64,000 nt of DNA from Nitrospirota bacterium (GTDB lineage: Bacteria; Nitrospirota; Thermodesulfovibrionia; Thermodesulfovibrionales; Dissulfurispiraceae), in assembly GCA_040754455.1 (NCBI GenBank), contig JBFMCP010000003.1:65115-129114 (forward strand), in the 5' to 3' direction. The position numbers and the translations under genes are program-made. The notes beneath the pieces are model-generated. The model did not search any database, was not told where the DNA came from, and saw only the letters and a program-made list of their open reading frames with translations. Shown in pieces: positions 10,350 through 21,220 of this stretch; position 1 is the first letter of the stretch; every line of letters starts with the position of its first letter.

Positions 10350-10758
10350 CCGAAACCTCCTTGATACGTTCTACTAATTTCTCAATGAGATGGGGCAGGG
10401 GCTCCCTGGTGGTCCCCAGCACCTCCACATCCTCCTGGATTAAAGGGATAAGGAATTTTTTTGCCGATGACGAGGCAATGGCCTCAGCCATCCTGGGCGT
10501 AAGCTCCCCCAGCATGCCGTTGGCCAGGACAATGCTTAAGGGACCGGTGATAATGTCAACCCTGCCGGTGTTCCACTGTATCGCGTTTTCGCCGGTCGCA
10601 CCCTTGTTCGCCCGTGCCTTCATCATCGCTGTCGTTGCAGTAGAGTTGGTTCCGAGGGCAATGATTTCGACCCTGTCCCCCAGCTCCTCCCTGAGTCTCT
10701 TTATAATGAGACTGCCGATTCCGCCCCCCTGCCCGTCTATCACGGCAATTTTTCTCAT
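10342..10758 (-). CDS. DUF3842 family protein
   Basis: IAVIDGQGGGIG, ALGTNS.AT.AM.KA.A..GATGENA, GELTP.MA.AI. Confidence 0.88.
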   Translation of the reverse strand: MRKIAVIDGQGGGIGSLIIKRLREELGDRVEIIALGTNSTATTAMMKARANKGATGENAIQWNTGRVDIITGPLSIVLANGMLGELTPRMAEAIASSSAKKFLIPLIQEDVEVLGTTREPLPHLIEKLVERIKEVSDV

Positions 10759-10810
10759 AAATTTAAGTATACCTTAAACCTATCAACCTGCGGAAGTAGG
10801 GGCAGAAGAT

Positions 10811-10952
10811 AGCCATCAGCGCTCAACTGTCGGGTTTCCGACTCTCTGTTGGAGTGACGGAAACAAGCTCAAAACATGGCAGTGCGGAAGGAAGGGATTT
10901 TATTTGATACTTTTTTTGCTGATTGCTGGGGGCTGATGGCTGACCGCCGGCT
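10811..10952. repeat. heptamer-periodic hairpin (AGCNNTC/GCTGANN type)
   Basis: AGCCATC AGCGCTC AACTGTC ... GCTGATT GCTGGGG GCTGATG GCTGACC GCCGGCT. Confidence 0.7.
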
Positions 10953-10983
10953 CCTGTCCGTTGTCCCCGTGGTATAATTGCAG

Positions 10984-12204
10984 ATGCTCGATATTTTGAA
11001 AGTCTCTCTGGTTTTTGCTTCTATCCTCCTGCTCCTCAGATTGAAATTAAACGTCGGCTACGTGCTTATTATCTCTTCGAGCCTCCTCGCGGCCCTCTAT
11101 CTCATGCCATTGCCCACTATAGCAGCCACGATCAAAGCAGCCCTCATCGATCCGGTGACCATAAAGCTGTTCCTTGCCCTGACCCTGATAAAGGTGCTGG
11201 AGGTGATTTTAAGAGAGCAGAAGGTTTTGGCACGGATGATGGAGACCTCCCGTACGCTTCTGAAGAAGAAGAGAGCGGTCATCATTTCAATGCCGCTGCT
11301 GATCGGCCTTCTCCCTTCCATGGGAGGCGCTTATTTTTCTGCCCCGATGGTCGATGAATCCTCGAAGGGCCTCCGCATGACTCCTGAGGAAAAGGGGTTC
11401 GTCAACTACTGGTTCCGGCATCCATGGGAATACGTGCTTCCCCTCTACCCCGGAATACTCCTCGCCTCAGCCCTGAGTGGAATAGAACTGAGAAGGTTAA
11501 TTGCGGCAAATGCTGCCTATGCCCTCATGATTTTTATCACCGGCTTCATATTCAGCATGAGAAAGATAGATGGAAAATTTGAAAGGAGGGAGAAAGTAAA
11601 ACACTTCACCGGTTCGCCTATTCACCGATTCACCCATTCACCACTCTTGAGCTTCCTGCCCGTCACGCTCATTTTGGTCATGGTGATGATCTTCCATATC
11701 GAGCTTTACTACGCCCTGGGGGCAACGATCGTCCTTTTATTTGCCTACTACAAACTTCCACCTAAGGAAATGTTCAGGATACTCAGGGAGGGATTCACGA
11801 CCGACGTGATCATCCTGATCTTCGGCGCCATGCTTTTCAAGTTCACCATGGAGAATTCAGGAGCAGTGGGGCACCTGAGCCGGTATTTTACAGAAACAGG
11901 AATACCGCTGCTGCCTGTTCTCTTCGTGCTCCCCTTTATCAGCGGACTCCTCACCGGCCTCACCGTCGGCTTCGTAGGCGGCACCTTCCCCCTCATCCTC
12001 AGCCTCGCCGGAGGCGCCCACCTCAATCAGATCACCTTTGCTTTTGCCTCGGGCTTTGCGGGAGTGCTTCTTTCGCCGGTGCACCTCTGCCTCGTCCTCA
12101 CCAGAGAGTACTTCAAGGCAGATATGTGGGGCATCTACAAAAAAACAATCCCCGCCACAGTGATTATCATGGCGGGGGCGTTGGTGGAATACTTTATTTT
12201 ATAG
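10984..12204 (+). CDS. DUF401 family membrane protein (putative transporter)
   Basis: LIGLLP.MGGA.FSAPMV, NYWFRHPWEY..PLYPG, LLSPVHLCL.LT.EYF. Confidence 0.85.
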   Translation: MLDILKVSLVFASILLLLRLKLNVGYVLIISSSLLAALYLMPLPTIAATIKAALIDPVTIKLFLALTLIKVLEVILREQKVLARMMETSRTLLKKKRAVIISMPLLIGLLPSMGGAYFSAPMVDESSKGLRMTPEEKGFVNYWFRHPWEYVLPLYPGILLASALSGIELRRLIAANAAYALMIFITGFIFSMRKIDGKFERREKVKHFTGSPIHRFTHSPLLSFLPVTLILVMVMIFHIELYYALGATIVLLFAYYKLPPKEMFRILREGFTTDVIILIFGAMLFKFTMENSGAVGHLSRYFTETGIPLLPVLFVLPFISGLLTGLTVGFVGGTFPLILSLAGGAHLNQITFAFASGFAGVLLSPVHLCLVLTREYFKADMWGIYKKTIPATVIIMAGALVEYFIL

Positions 12205-12247
12205 TTCCTACTTACAATGCTGATTTTTTTTATTAAAAGTTATAACT

Positions 12248-13522
<1,275 letters not shown>

Positions 13523-13590
13523 TCATTTCATTTTTTTGCGAAAATCCCGAAAAAAACTAAGAATTACTTACTGATATAATAGACCGGCAT

Positions 13591-15132
13591 ATGATTAATT
13601 TCAAGATAACGAACGTCGGCGACGGTTTCCTTACCGTCGGCAAAGCCGATGGTCAGTCCGTACTGCTCAAGCCCGGTGAAACCGTGCGGGCGGAGGTCCT
13701 TGAGATACTGCCTGATGGAGGAGTGATTCTGAAGGTCAAGGGGAACCTGCTGACTGCGCGGACCGAAGTCCCCTTTGAGAAAGGCGCAACCGCTTTCTTC
13801 CGAGTAGCAGATACACAACAACCCGGAAAAGAGCTTAAACTGCAATTCGCAGGGTATGCAGAAATCTCTCCCCAAGACGCCCCCGCCAGGAGCTTCATGA
13901 ATACCCCTGAGGGGCAGGCATTAACCAGTCTCATCCATGAATTGTCCTCTGCAATCGCAAAGGATATCGAAAAAGCCCTTACGGGCGGTACCGGGAGGCA
14001 GGGCGCAGAAAATATCTCCGGAAGGCCGCTCTCGAGCAACCTCTCTCCCGACACACTGGAGCGCCTTATCAAAGCACTGCCTGCCGACATGACCGTATTG
14101 CCCAAAGAGGTAAAATTGCAACTCCAGGAGCTCTTGACCGCAAGTCTTAAAACAACAGGACAGAGTATCCAGACGAGGCTCGATACGCTCTTGCATCAGT
14201 TGCCCGAGGCGATCAAAAACTCACCCCTCATTACGGTCTTGAAAAATGAGCTGCTCGTCAATATGGAAAAGCTCCTCCCTGCGCCTTTGAAGACCGCCCT
14301 GCTGAATACCGGTGTCGCCTTCGAGGCAAAACTGAAGACAGTCGTGGCAACGCTGCAGCACCGGCAGACAGAAGAGGGCTTCGATCCAGCAGTAGTCCCC
14401 TCCCCGGACACCACCTTCGAGAAGGAGCTGACCTCAGCCCTCATAAAGGAGATCGTGAAACAGGCCAAGGAGTCCGCAGGCGAACTCCGCCCCGCACTGC
14501 CGTCCGACAGTACGGAGAAAGCACCTGCACCAAAGGGCGCCCTGTCTTCCGAATTCTCACCCCTCAAGAACGATCTGAAGGCTGCACTCCTTGAATTAAA
14601 ATATGCGCTGAACGACAAAGAGCTTATCGAAGCCCTCTCTTCAAAAGAAACCGCCCCGGCAAAGGATGCGAAGCAGGAACCCCACCTGCTGAAAACTGCT
14701 CAGGTAACCATAGAAGGACTTCTTAAAGATATCGAGACCTTTCAGGCGCTCTCAAGGACGACTGATTCCTTCTATACCTTTCTCCCGCTGAACTGGAAAG
14801 AGCTGCGGGACGGCGAGATCGCCTTCAAAGGGGGGAAACGTGATACCGGAGACACTGCGACCTTCTCCTGCAGGATTAATCTTGATCTCGAGCAGTACGG
14901 CACGCTTTCAGTGCTGGTGCTCATGCAGAACAGGGAGTTCTTCGTATCCTTCAAAGCCGATCAGCCGCAGTTGCAGGAGACCCTCTCTGCCCATCTCGAT
15001 AGCCTGAAAACGTCATTCAGAGAGAAAGGATTAACGCTCAAGGCGGCAAACATGCTGGACAGGAACGATACCTCTCTGGAACATCTCGAGAAGCTCGAGT
15101 CCTTTGAGCGCATCGTAAGCATCAAGGCATAG
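13591..15132 (+). CDS. FliK-like (flagellar hook-length control C-terminal domain) protein
   Basis: Long low-complexity helical body; C-terminal INLDLEQYG.L.V....F.ADQ..LQ..L..HLD.L..SF; adjacent to FlhB-C-like gene. Confidence 0.7.
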   Translation: MINFKITNVGDGFLTVGKADGQSVLLKPGETVRAEVLEILPDGGVILKVKGNLLTARTEVPFEKGATAFFRVADTQQPGKELKLQFAGYAEISPQDAPARSFMNTPEGQALTSLIHELSSAIAKDIEKALTGGTGRQGAENISGRPLSSNLSPDTLERLIKALPADMTVLPKEVKLQLQELLTASLKTTGQSIQTRLDTLLHQLPEAIKNSPLITVLKNELLVNMEKLLPAPLKTALLNTGVAFEAKLKTVVATLQHRQTEEGFDPAVVPSPDTTFEKELTSALIKEIVKQAKESAGELRPALPSDSTEKAPAPKGALSSEFSPLKNDLKAALLELKYALNDKELIEALSSKETAPAKDAKQEPHLLKTAQVTIEGLLKDIETFQALSRTTDSFYTFLPLNWKELRDGEIAFKGGKRDTGDTATFSCRINLDLEQYGTLSVLVLMQNREFFVSFKADQPQLQETLSAHLDSLKTSFREKGLTLKAANMLDRNDTSLEHLEKLESFERIVSIKA

Positions 15133-15135
15133 GCC

Positions 15136-15405
15136 ATGTCTGATAAACGTAAGAAAGCGGCAGCACTGCGGTATACCCCTCAAAAGGATGCGGCGCCGAA
15201 GGTGGTGGCCAAAGGCAGCGGCGCCATAGCGGAAAAGATACTGCAGATAGCGAAGGAGCACAATATTCCGCTCAAGGATGATCCCCAGCTCGTGGAAGTG
15301 CTCTCAGCCCTCGACCTCTACCAGGAGATCCCTCCCGAACTCTACCGGGCCGTTGCCGAGATCCTCGCCTTTATCTACAAAACGACAAAGAAGGCTCCAA
15401 AGTAA
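15136..15405 (+). CDS. EscU/YscU/FlhB C-terminal-like small protein
   Basis: [37 protein letters not shown]. Confidence 0.92.
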   Translation: MSDKRKKAAALRYTPQKDAAPKVVAKGSGAIAEKILQIAKEHNIPLKDDPQLVEVLSALDLYQEIPPELYRAVAEILAFIYKTTKKAPK

Positions 15406-15528
15406 AATTCGGAACCCTGAGCACGAGATCCTAAACAAATACAAACATCCAAATCCAAAATGACCTCATGTATTTGACTTTTGATTTTTGAATTCGTTTA
15501 GAATTTAGATATTGGGATTTCGAGCTTT
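15405..15528. repeat. heptamer-periodic hairpin (GAAATYC type)
   Basis: AAATTCG GAACCCT GAGCAC GAGATCC TAAACAA ... TCGTTTA GAATTTA GATATTG GGATTTC GAGCTTT. Confidence 0.75.
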
Positions 15529-15551
15529 AACCTTCGCACAAGGTCGGCATA

Positions 15552-16193
15552 GTGAATACAAAGAGAGTTCTTCATCGTATATACGATAGGCTTTACACCC
15601 ACTTCGGTCCCCAGCACTGGTGGCCGGGCGACACTCCTTTTGAAATTGCCGTCGGAGCAATCCTCACCCAGAACACGAACTGGTCGAATGTGGAAAAGGC
15701 GATCGGGAACCTGAAGGAAGCACGGGTCCTGTCTGCAAAAGCGCTGTATAACCTTCCGTCGGAAAGGCTCGCTTCCCTGATACGCCCTGCGGGATACTTT
15801 AATATCAAGGCAAAGCGGCTGAAGTCTTTCCTGCACTTCCTCAACAAATATTACCGGGGCAGCATGAAACGCATGGGAAGGAAAGATTTGATCACGTTGC
15901 GGCAGGAACTTCTGAATGTTAACGGGATCGGACCTGAAACCGCGGACTCCATACTCCTCTACGCTCTCGACAAACCGATTTTTGTCATTGATGCCTATAC
16001 CAGGCGTGTACTCTCGCGTCACAAGGTGATGGACCATGCTGCCTCCTATGATGAATACCAGCAGTTGTTCCATAACACCTTCGCTACGGATGTGCAGCTC
16101 TTCAATGAGTACCATGCGCTCTTTGTCATGGCGGGGAAAAACTACTGTAAACCAGCGCCCAGGTGCGGGGAGTGCCCCCTGCAGCACCTCTAA
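15552..16193 (+). CDS. HhH-GPD endonuclease III-related DNA glycosylase
   Basis: WWPG.TPFE..VGAILTQNTNW, GIGPETADSILLYA, VIDAYT.R, C-terminal Cys cluster. Confidence 0.93.
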   Translation: MNTKRVLHRIYDRLYTHFGPQHWWPGDTPFEIAVGAILTQNTNWSNVEKAIGNLKEARVLSAKALYNLPSERLASLIRPAGYFNIKAKRLKSFLHFLNKYYRGSMKRMGRKDLITLRQELLNVNGIGPETADSILLYALDKPIFVIDAYTRRVLSRHKVMDHAASYDEYQQLFHNTFATDVQLFNEYHALFVMAGKNYCKPAPRCGECPLQHL

Positions 16194-16282
16194 CAGCGTA
16201 TGATTATCCTCTTTTATATGGTATTATCCTATTCATTGATCCTCCACGTGCCCCGATATTCCGGAGATATGCTGAAATCACG

Positions 16283-17200
16283 ATGTCGACAGCGCGACGC
16301 ATATTCTTCATTATTATTATAATTTCACTATCGATCCCGTTCCGGCAGAGCACTCTGCATGCCGCAGACCACGTCCGCGCACAGGAAAAGGCACTCCACA
16401 AAAAGTATCATGAAATCGAAAAAAGGCTTTCAAAGAATCAATTCGGCATCCCCCTCCATATAGAATCTTATGAGGAAAGCAACGCTCTCCGCGTCGATAT
16501 CTACGGCATTTTTGGATATCCTTACGATTATATGAGGAGCACCCTCCAATCTCCAGAAAACTGGTGCGATATCGCCCTGCTCCATCTCAACGTCAAAGCC
16601 TGCACTCATCACACCCTGAACGGCGACACGCTCCTGACTTTTTACAGCGGTCGCAAATTCTATCAGCGTCTTGAAGAAACGTATCAACTGAGCTACCGCT
16701 ATCACCTCTTTGCGGCTCATCCCGAATATCTCAATATCGCCCTTGCTGCAGATGAAGGCCCCCTGCATACCAAAGATCACCGCCTCAGACTCGAGGCCGT
16801 ACCGCTCGAAAAAGAAAGCACCTTTGTACATTTCAGCTATGCCTATAGCTATAACTTCCTTGGAGAGATCACCATAAAAGGCTATTTCGCCACTATCGGC
16901 CGTGACAAGGTCGGGTTCAGCATCATCGACACTGACAGTCAGGGCAATCCGGTATATATCGGCGGGGTGCGGGGCGCCATCGAACGCAATGCCGTCCGTT
17001 ACTATCTGGCGATTCAGGCGTACCTCGATACCGTGCATCTCCCGGAAGAACAGCGCTTCGAGCGGCGTCTCAGCCGGTGGTACGATCTGACGGACCGCTA
17101 CCGCTTGCAGCTTTTCGAAGTGGAAAAGGAAGAGTATATCAAAAACAAGAAACGTGAGTACCAGAATCAGATAATGCTTCAGAAGAAGCTGCTCCCTTAA
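16283..17200 (+). CDS. exported hypothetical protein
   Basis: N-terminal signal-peptide-like segment from ATG 16283; long ORF; no family recognised with certainty. Confidence 0.7.
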   Translation: MSTARRIFFIIIIISLSIPFRQSTLHAADHVRAQEKALHKKYHEIEKRLSKNQFGIPLHIESYEESNALRVDIYGIFGYPYDYMRSTLQSPENWCDIALLHLNVKACTHHTLNGDTLLTFYSGRKFYQRLEETYQLSYRYHLFAAHPEYLNIALAADEGPLHTKDHRLRLEAVPLEKESTFVHFSYAYSYNFLGEITIKGYFATIGRDKVGFSIIDTDSQGNPVYIGGVRGAIERNAVRYYLAIQAYLDTVHLPEEQRFERRLSRWYDLTDRYRLQLFEVEKEEYIKNKKREYQNQIMLQKKLLP

Positions 17201-17289
17201 TTTCGTTGCACTACCCACGGGCCGTAGATTGAGCCCCTTTTTTCTGTTACCATACTATTAGGAGCTAGAACTCTCATCGGAGCCGGCAA

Positions 17290-18342
17290 ATGGATGGTGA
17301 AATCAATAGTTCGATCCGGAATACCTTGAGGCTTATCAACGGTTATGGAGTTGAAATCGGTGAAGAGCGTCGTGAGGTAAAGCCTTCTGAAACAGCCGAC
17401 GTCGAGCTTCTCGATGCCTATTCACGGGCAGTCATCAAAGTGGTGGACACCGTTGGTCCGGCAGTCGTCGGCATCGCCATCGGCAAGGACTCGGCACACT
17501 ATGGCCCCGAGCAGGTCGGTGCAGGGTCAGGGGTCATCATAGCTCCTGACGGCTATATCCTCACGAATGACCATGTCGTGCACAACGCAGATGTCGTCCT
17601 GGCGGTTCTTGCCGACGGCACACGCCTTGCCACTTCCCTCGTCGGCACCGACCCAGCAACCGATCTCGCGGTGCTCCGCGCCAACAGCGCTTCCACCCTG
17701 CCCTATGCTCCCTTTGGTGATTCCGCACAGCTGCATGCCGGGCAGCTCGTTATCGCCATAGGGAATCCCTTCGGCTTTCAGTCCACTGTCTCTACCGGTG
17801 TGGTGAGCGCCCTCGGCAGGGCCCTGCGGAGTCAGGAAGGCCGGCTTATCGAAAACATCATCCAGCACACGGCGCCGCTCAATCCCGGGAATTCCGGCGG
17901 CCCGCTCGTCGATTCCCGCGGGAGGATTATCGGCATCAACACCGCCATTATCATGATGGCGCAGGGGATCGGCTTTTCGATTCCTTCGAATACCGCCAAG
18001 TGGGTCGTATCGCAAATCCTCACCTACGGCCGGGTACGCCGCGGCTATCTGGGCATCGCAGGCAGACAGCGGATGCTCGATCCCCGTCTGGCGCGTTTCC
18101 ACAATGTCGCCAACGAGCTTGCCGTCGAGGTCATCTCTGTCGATCCCTACGGCCCGGCAGGACAGGCAGGAATGCTGCAGGGCGACCTGATTGTCGCAGT
18201 CAACAAACATAGGGTGTCCGGCATCGACGATATTCACCGCTACCTCTCCGAATGGCCTATCGGACAGCCTATTGTCCTCACCATCATCAGGGGCAGAGAA
18301 CGCATAGAGCTTGACGTTGTCCCTATTGAAGCAGCCTCGTAA
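17290..18342 (+). CDS. HtrA/DegP-like trypsin serine protease with PDZ domain
   Basis: GSGVI, TNDHVV, DLAV, NPGNSGGPL, C-terminal PDZ (RGYLGI). Confidence 0.95.
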   Translation: MDGEINSSIRNTLRLINGYGVEIGEERREVKPSETADVELLDAYSRAVIKVVDTVGPAVVGIAIGKDSAHYGPEQVGAGSGVIIAPDGYILTNDHVVHNADVVLAVLADGTRLATSLVGTDPATDLAVLRANSASTLPYAPFGDSAQLHAGQLVIAIGNPFGFQSTVSTGVVSALGRALRSQEGRLIENIIQHTAPLNPGNSGGPLVDSRGRIIGINTAIIMMAQGIGFSIPSNTAKWVVSQILTYGRVRRGYLGIAGRQRMLDPRLARFHNVANELAVEVISVDPYGPAGQAGMLQGDLIVAVNKHRVSGIDDIHRYLSEWPIGQPIVLTIIRGRERIELDVVPIEAAS

Positions 18343-18589
18343 CTCTTCAAAGACCCCTGGTCACCAAACACGTTATCAGTATGCCGTGTAAGCCTTTTGA
18401 TCGAACGACCTCCCCATCGGGAGTTGCTTGTCTTGACGGTCGCTGAGACACTTCATTCATACCATATAGAGTATACCAACCCTACCGGGAAGGCCATATT
18501 TAGTTTTGCCACCCGGATTAAAGAGATTCTGCCCAGCGACGATATTTAAAGTACTTTAAAAAACAAAAAGTTATATTTACACCAACGCA

Positions 18590-19648
18590 ATGGGAACGCA
18601 TACCTCTATAATACACCGGCTGCAATCGATGCTCGACCAGGAAAAAGGCAGGCACGCTGCCCGCGCGGTGTCAGTTGCGATCCGGATCGAAACGGTTTCG
18701 ATCGCAAGTGTATTGTCCCGCGAGGACTACAAAGAGAAACCGCCCTTTGACCTGCACGCCCGCTTTCTCGTTTACAACATTTCCAAAACCTTTACAGCCG
18801 CTGCCGTGCTCAGGCTTGCGGCAGCCGAACGATTGCATCTCGATGATCCTTTGTCCCGCCGGCTGCCGGATATCCCGAACGCCTCACGCATCACCATTCG
18901 CCATTGCCTGCAGCATACGAGCGGTCTGCCGGACTACGGCGCACTGCCGGAATATCACGCTGCAGTCCGCAGAGGAGACAGGCCATGGTCGTTTGAGGAA
19001 TTTATGGAACGGACCAATGCCGGTGAGCTGCTCTTTGCTCCCGGCCAGGGCTGGAGCTATTCCACTATCGGCTACATGGTGCTGCGCCGGCTCCTTGAGA
19101 CAGCATGCGGTACGAGCTTTGCTAACCTTCTCCGGTCAGAAATCTTCGAACCGCTCAATCTGAAGAGCACATCGGTGCCTGCACGCCGTGCCGATCTGCA
19201 GGATATTACCTTCGGCCCCAGCGTTTACCTCGGCGGCAATGCGGCCCCGTTAGCGGTGTCCGAAATCTACGACCCGGCATGGCTCCCCGCAGGCGTCATC
19301 GCCTCGACAGCAGCTGAAACCGCTCAATTCTATGATGCCCTCCTTGCGGGCAAACTCTTTCCCCGCGAATTTCTTAATCAGATGTGTGCAGCAGTCCGTG
19401 CTGCTGATGCTCCGGGCCACCCCTCGTTTTATAATCCCGGCTACGGTCTCGGATTGATGATAACAGATTCACCCTGCGGCATGATCTACGGCCATACTGG
19501 TTCAGGTCCCGGCTGCTCTGCCGCTGCGTTTCATTTCAAGAAGAATGGAACATCGATCACGGTCACCATCCTCTCCGATGGCGAGAATGTCTTCCAAACA
19601 GAGCACATGGCGATACTCGCCTGTACCATGCTCGCTGAGTCGGACTAA
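18590..19648 (+). CDS. beta-lactamase/D-Ala-D-Ala carboxypeptidase family serine hydrolase, catalytic motifs altered
   Basis: LQHTSGLPDY, F.PG.GWSYS..GY, YGLGL, GHTG; SxxK reads NISK and YxN reads YST. Confidence 0.8.
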   Translation: MGTHTSIIHRLQSMLDQEKGRHAARAVSVAIRIETVSIASVLSREDYKEKPPFDLHARFLVYNISKTFTAAAVLRLAAAERLHLDDPLSRRLPDIPNASRITIRHCLQHTSGLPDYGALPEYHAAVRRGDRPWSFEEFMERTNAGELLFAPGQGWSYSTIGYMVLRRLLETACGTSFANLLRSEIFEPLNLKSTSVPARRADLQDITFGPSVYLGGNAAPLAVSEIYDPAWLPAGVIASTAAETAQFYDALLAGKLFPREFLNQMCAAVRAADAPGHPSFYNPGYGLGLMITDSPCGMIYGHTGSGPGCSAAAFHFKKNGTSITVTILSDGENVFQTEHMAILACTMLAESD

Positions 19649-19686
19649 GCAGGACCTGCGCACCGTTCGCTTCTACTGAGCAGCAG

Positions 19687-19773
19687 TAAGGCAAGGAGAT
19701 CAATGATAAGCGTCTGCATCCTGTTGATACCGTCCAACATATCGGCAATGATCTCATCTGCATCAGAAGGTAG
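19687..19773 (-). pseudogene. histidine kinase HisKA (DHp helix 2) remnant
   Basis: Translates as LPSDADEIIADMLDGINRMQTLIIDLLAL; resembles DADEFI...DG..RMQ.LI.DLL. Confidence 0.55.
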
Positions 19774-20449
19774 CCTGAACAACAACAGGGTCTATTCACT
19801 TTGTACTTAGGTTTTTCGTTTATCTGAAGAGGGCATTCAAAGAAAAAAATTCAAAATCGACTTGAAACATGCATACGCCATTATCGCCATACAAGATCAT
19901 TTATCAATTATGCATGACAACAACTCCGCCTTCCTCAAAACAGTTCGAAATCGAACTGAAAGATCTCGCTCATCAGACAGTTCATGATTGCAAGACCGGC
20001 GCCGGAGATCTCGTCGACCACCTCATCGGCCGAACCAATCAGAGCGAGGGGTGTGACACAACCTATGCTTTCGATCGCGCCTTAAAAAATAGTTCTCTTT
20101 TTTTTCATTGCTTTAATACAGGCATGAAGATCAGAAAACGACTGGTCAGCTTCTGTGATATGGACGTAATGATTTGCCGTTGGAAAAGGGACGCAAAAGT
20201 TGCGCTGCGGCAGACAGTAAATCCCAGTGATAAAAATTGGTGGCAGTGCAGGGAGACGTATGTACCACTTTGTGCCTACTCCAGCTCACGGTAACACTTT
20301 GATTCTTATACCACTGACTCTCGTTCCAACTGTGAGTACGGCCAAATTTGTGATACAAACTGTGTCACAGTTTTTTTCAGTTTAACCGGTTACACCGCCA
20401 CCGTGTTAAGAGGCCGCTGCGACCTGTTTGACAACCTGCTTACCGCAGA

Positions 20450-20478
20450 TTGAAAATTATAACGTTATGAGTTATACT
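20450..20478 (+). promoter_or_regulatory. higBA sigma70 promoter with overlapping operator palindrome
   Basis: TTGAAA-17nt-TATACT; TATAAC-N7-GTTATA at 20458-20476. Confidence 0.65.
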
Positions 20479-20485
20479 GTAACTG

Positions 20486-20767
20486 ATGATAGCGACCTTC
20501 GGAGACAAGGAAACGGAGCATCTTTATGTTACCGGTAAAAGCAGAAGGTTTCCTACTGCGGTATGTAAAGCAGGGCTACGGAAGCTCGATTATCTTAACT
20601 CGGCAACGCGCTTGGAAGATCTGAGGGTTCCACCAGGCAATTGTCTGGAAGCATTGAAAGGCAGCTATAAGGGATTTTACAGCATCAGAATCAACGACCA
20701 GTTCAGGATCGTCTTTCGGTTTGAGAATGCTGATGCTTACGATGTAAAAATCGAGGATTCTCATTAA
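20486..20767 (+). CDS. higB: HigB family (RelE-like) toxin
   Basis: MI.TF.DKETE, DLRVPPGN.LE.LKG, YSIRINDQFRI.F. Confidence 0.92.
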   Translation: MIATFGDKETEHLYVTGKSRRFPTAVCKAGLRKLDYLNSATRLEDLRVPPGNCLEALKGSYKGFYSIRINDQFRIVFRFENADAYDVKIEDSH

Positions 20768-20780
20768 ACGCGAGGGCATT

Positions 20781-21098
20781 ATGATTGAAATCAAGAGAGA
20801 GCCGACGCATCCGGGGGAAATTCTTCAGGAGGAGTTCATCGCCCCTCTCGGGCTGACCCAGGCAGGACTTGCGGAAAAACTTAAGACTACCTTCAGGACA
20901 GTCAACGAGATCGTTAACAAAAAGCGAAGCGTGAGCCCTGAAATGGCATTGAAGCTTGCAAAGCTCTTTGGAACATCACCGGAACTATGGCTCAATCTTC
21001 AGAGCCAATATGACCTCTGGAAAGCAAAAGAAAAAGAGAAAGCCATTCTAGCCTCTATAAAGCCGCTAAAGCAGAGCGTTGCGACGTGCCGAAATTAA
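20781..21098 (+). CDS. higA: HigA antitoxin (HTH)
   Basis: PTHPGEIL.EEF, NEIVN.KR.VSPEMAL.LA..FGTSPE.WLNLQ..YDL. Confidence 0.95.
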   Translation: MIEIKREPTHPGEILQEEFIAPLGLTQAGLAEKLKTTFRTVNEIVNKKRSVSPEMALKLAKLFGTSPELWLNLQSQYDLWKAKEKEKAILASIKPLKQSVATCRN

Positions 21099-21220
21099 AG
21101 TCACTTCCTGTTGTCATGATGTCCGGAAAGCCAGGAGTTCGCCTCTTACGGGCAACTAAGCGGTTGGGAGCCCTTTATTTCCTTGTGAAACCATTCAGCA
21201 CAGACGAGTTTCTTACTTAA
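21089..21220 (+). pseudogene. response-regulator receiver domain C-terminal remnant
   Basis: PKLKSLPVVMMSG...ATKRLGALYFLVKPFSTDEFLT*; no N-terminal half. Confidence 0.65.

Noticed and set aside
16140..16193. Endonuclease III homologue has only three Cys in its FeS motif
   Set aside because: Probably normal for this HhH-GPD subfamily; no sign of a frameshift.
18347..18460. Short minus-strand ORF with TPDGEVVRSKG preceded by TATACT
   Set aside because: Only 37 aa; the motif resemblance to nuclease-like domains is too short to support.
19869..20294. ORF with faint resemblance to a tyrosine-recombinase C-terminus (KDLAH...LIGR...TTY)
   Set aside because: The HxLR and LGH catalytic motifs are not actually present; too weak without a profile search.
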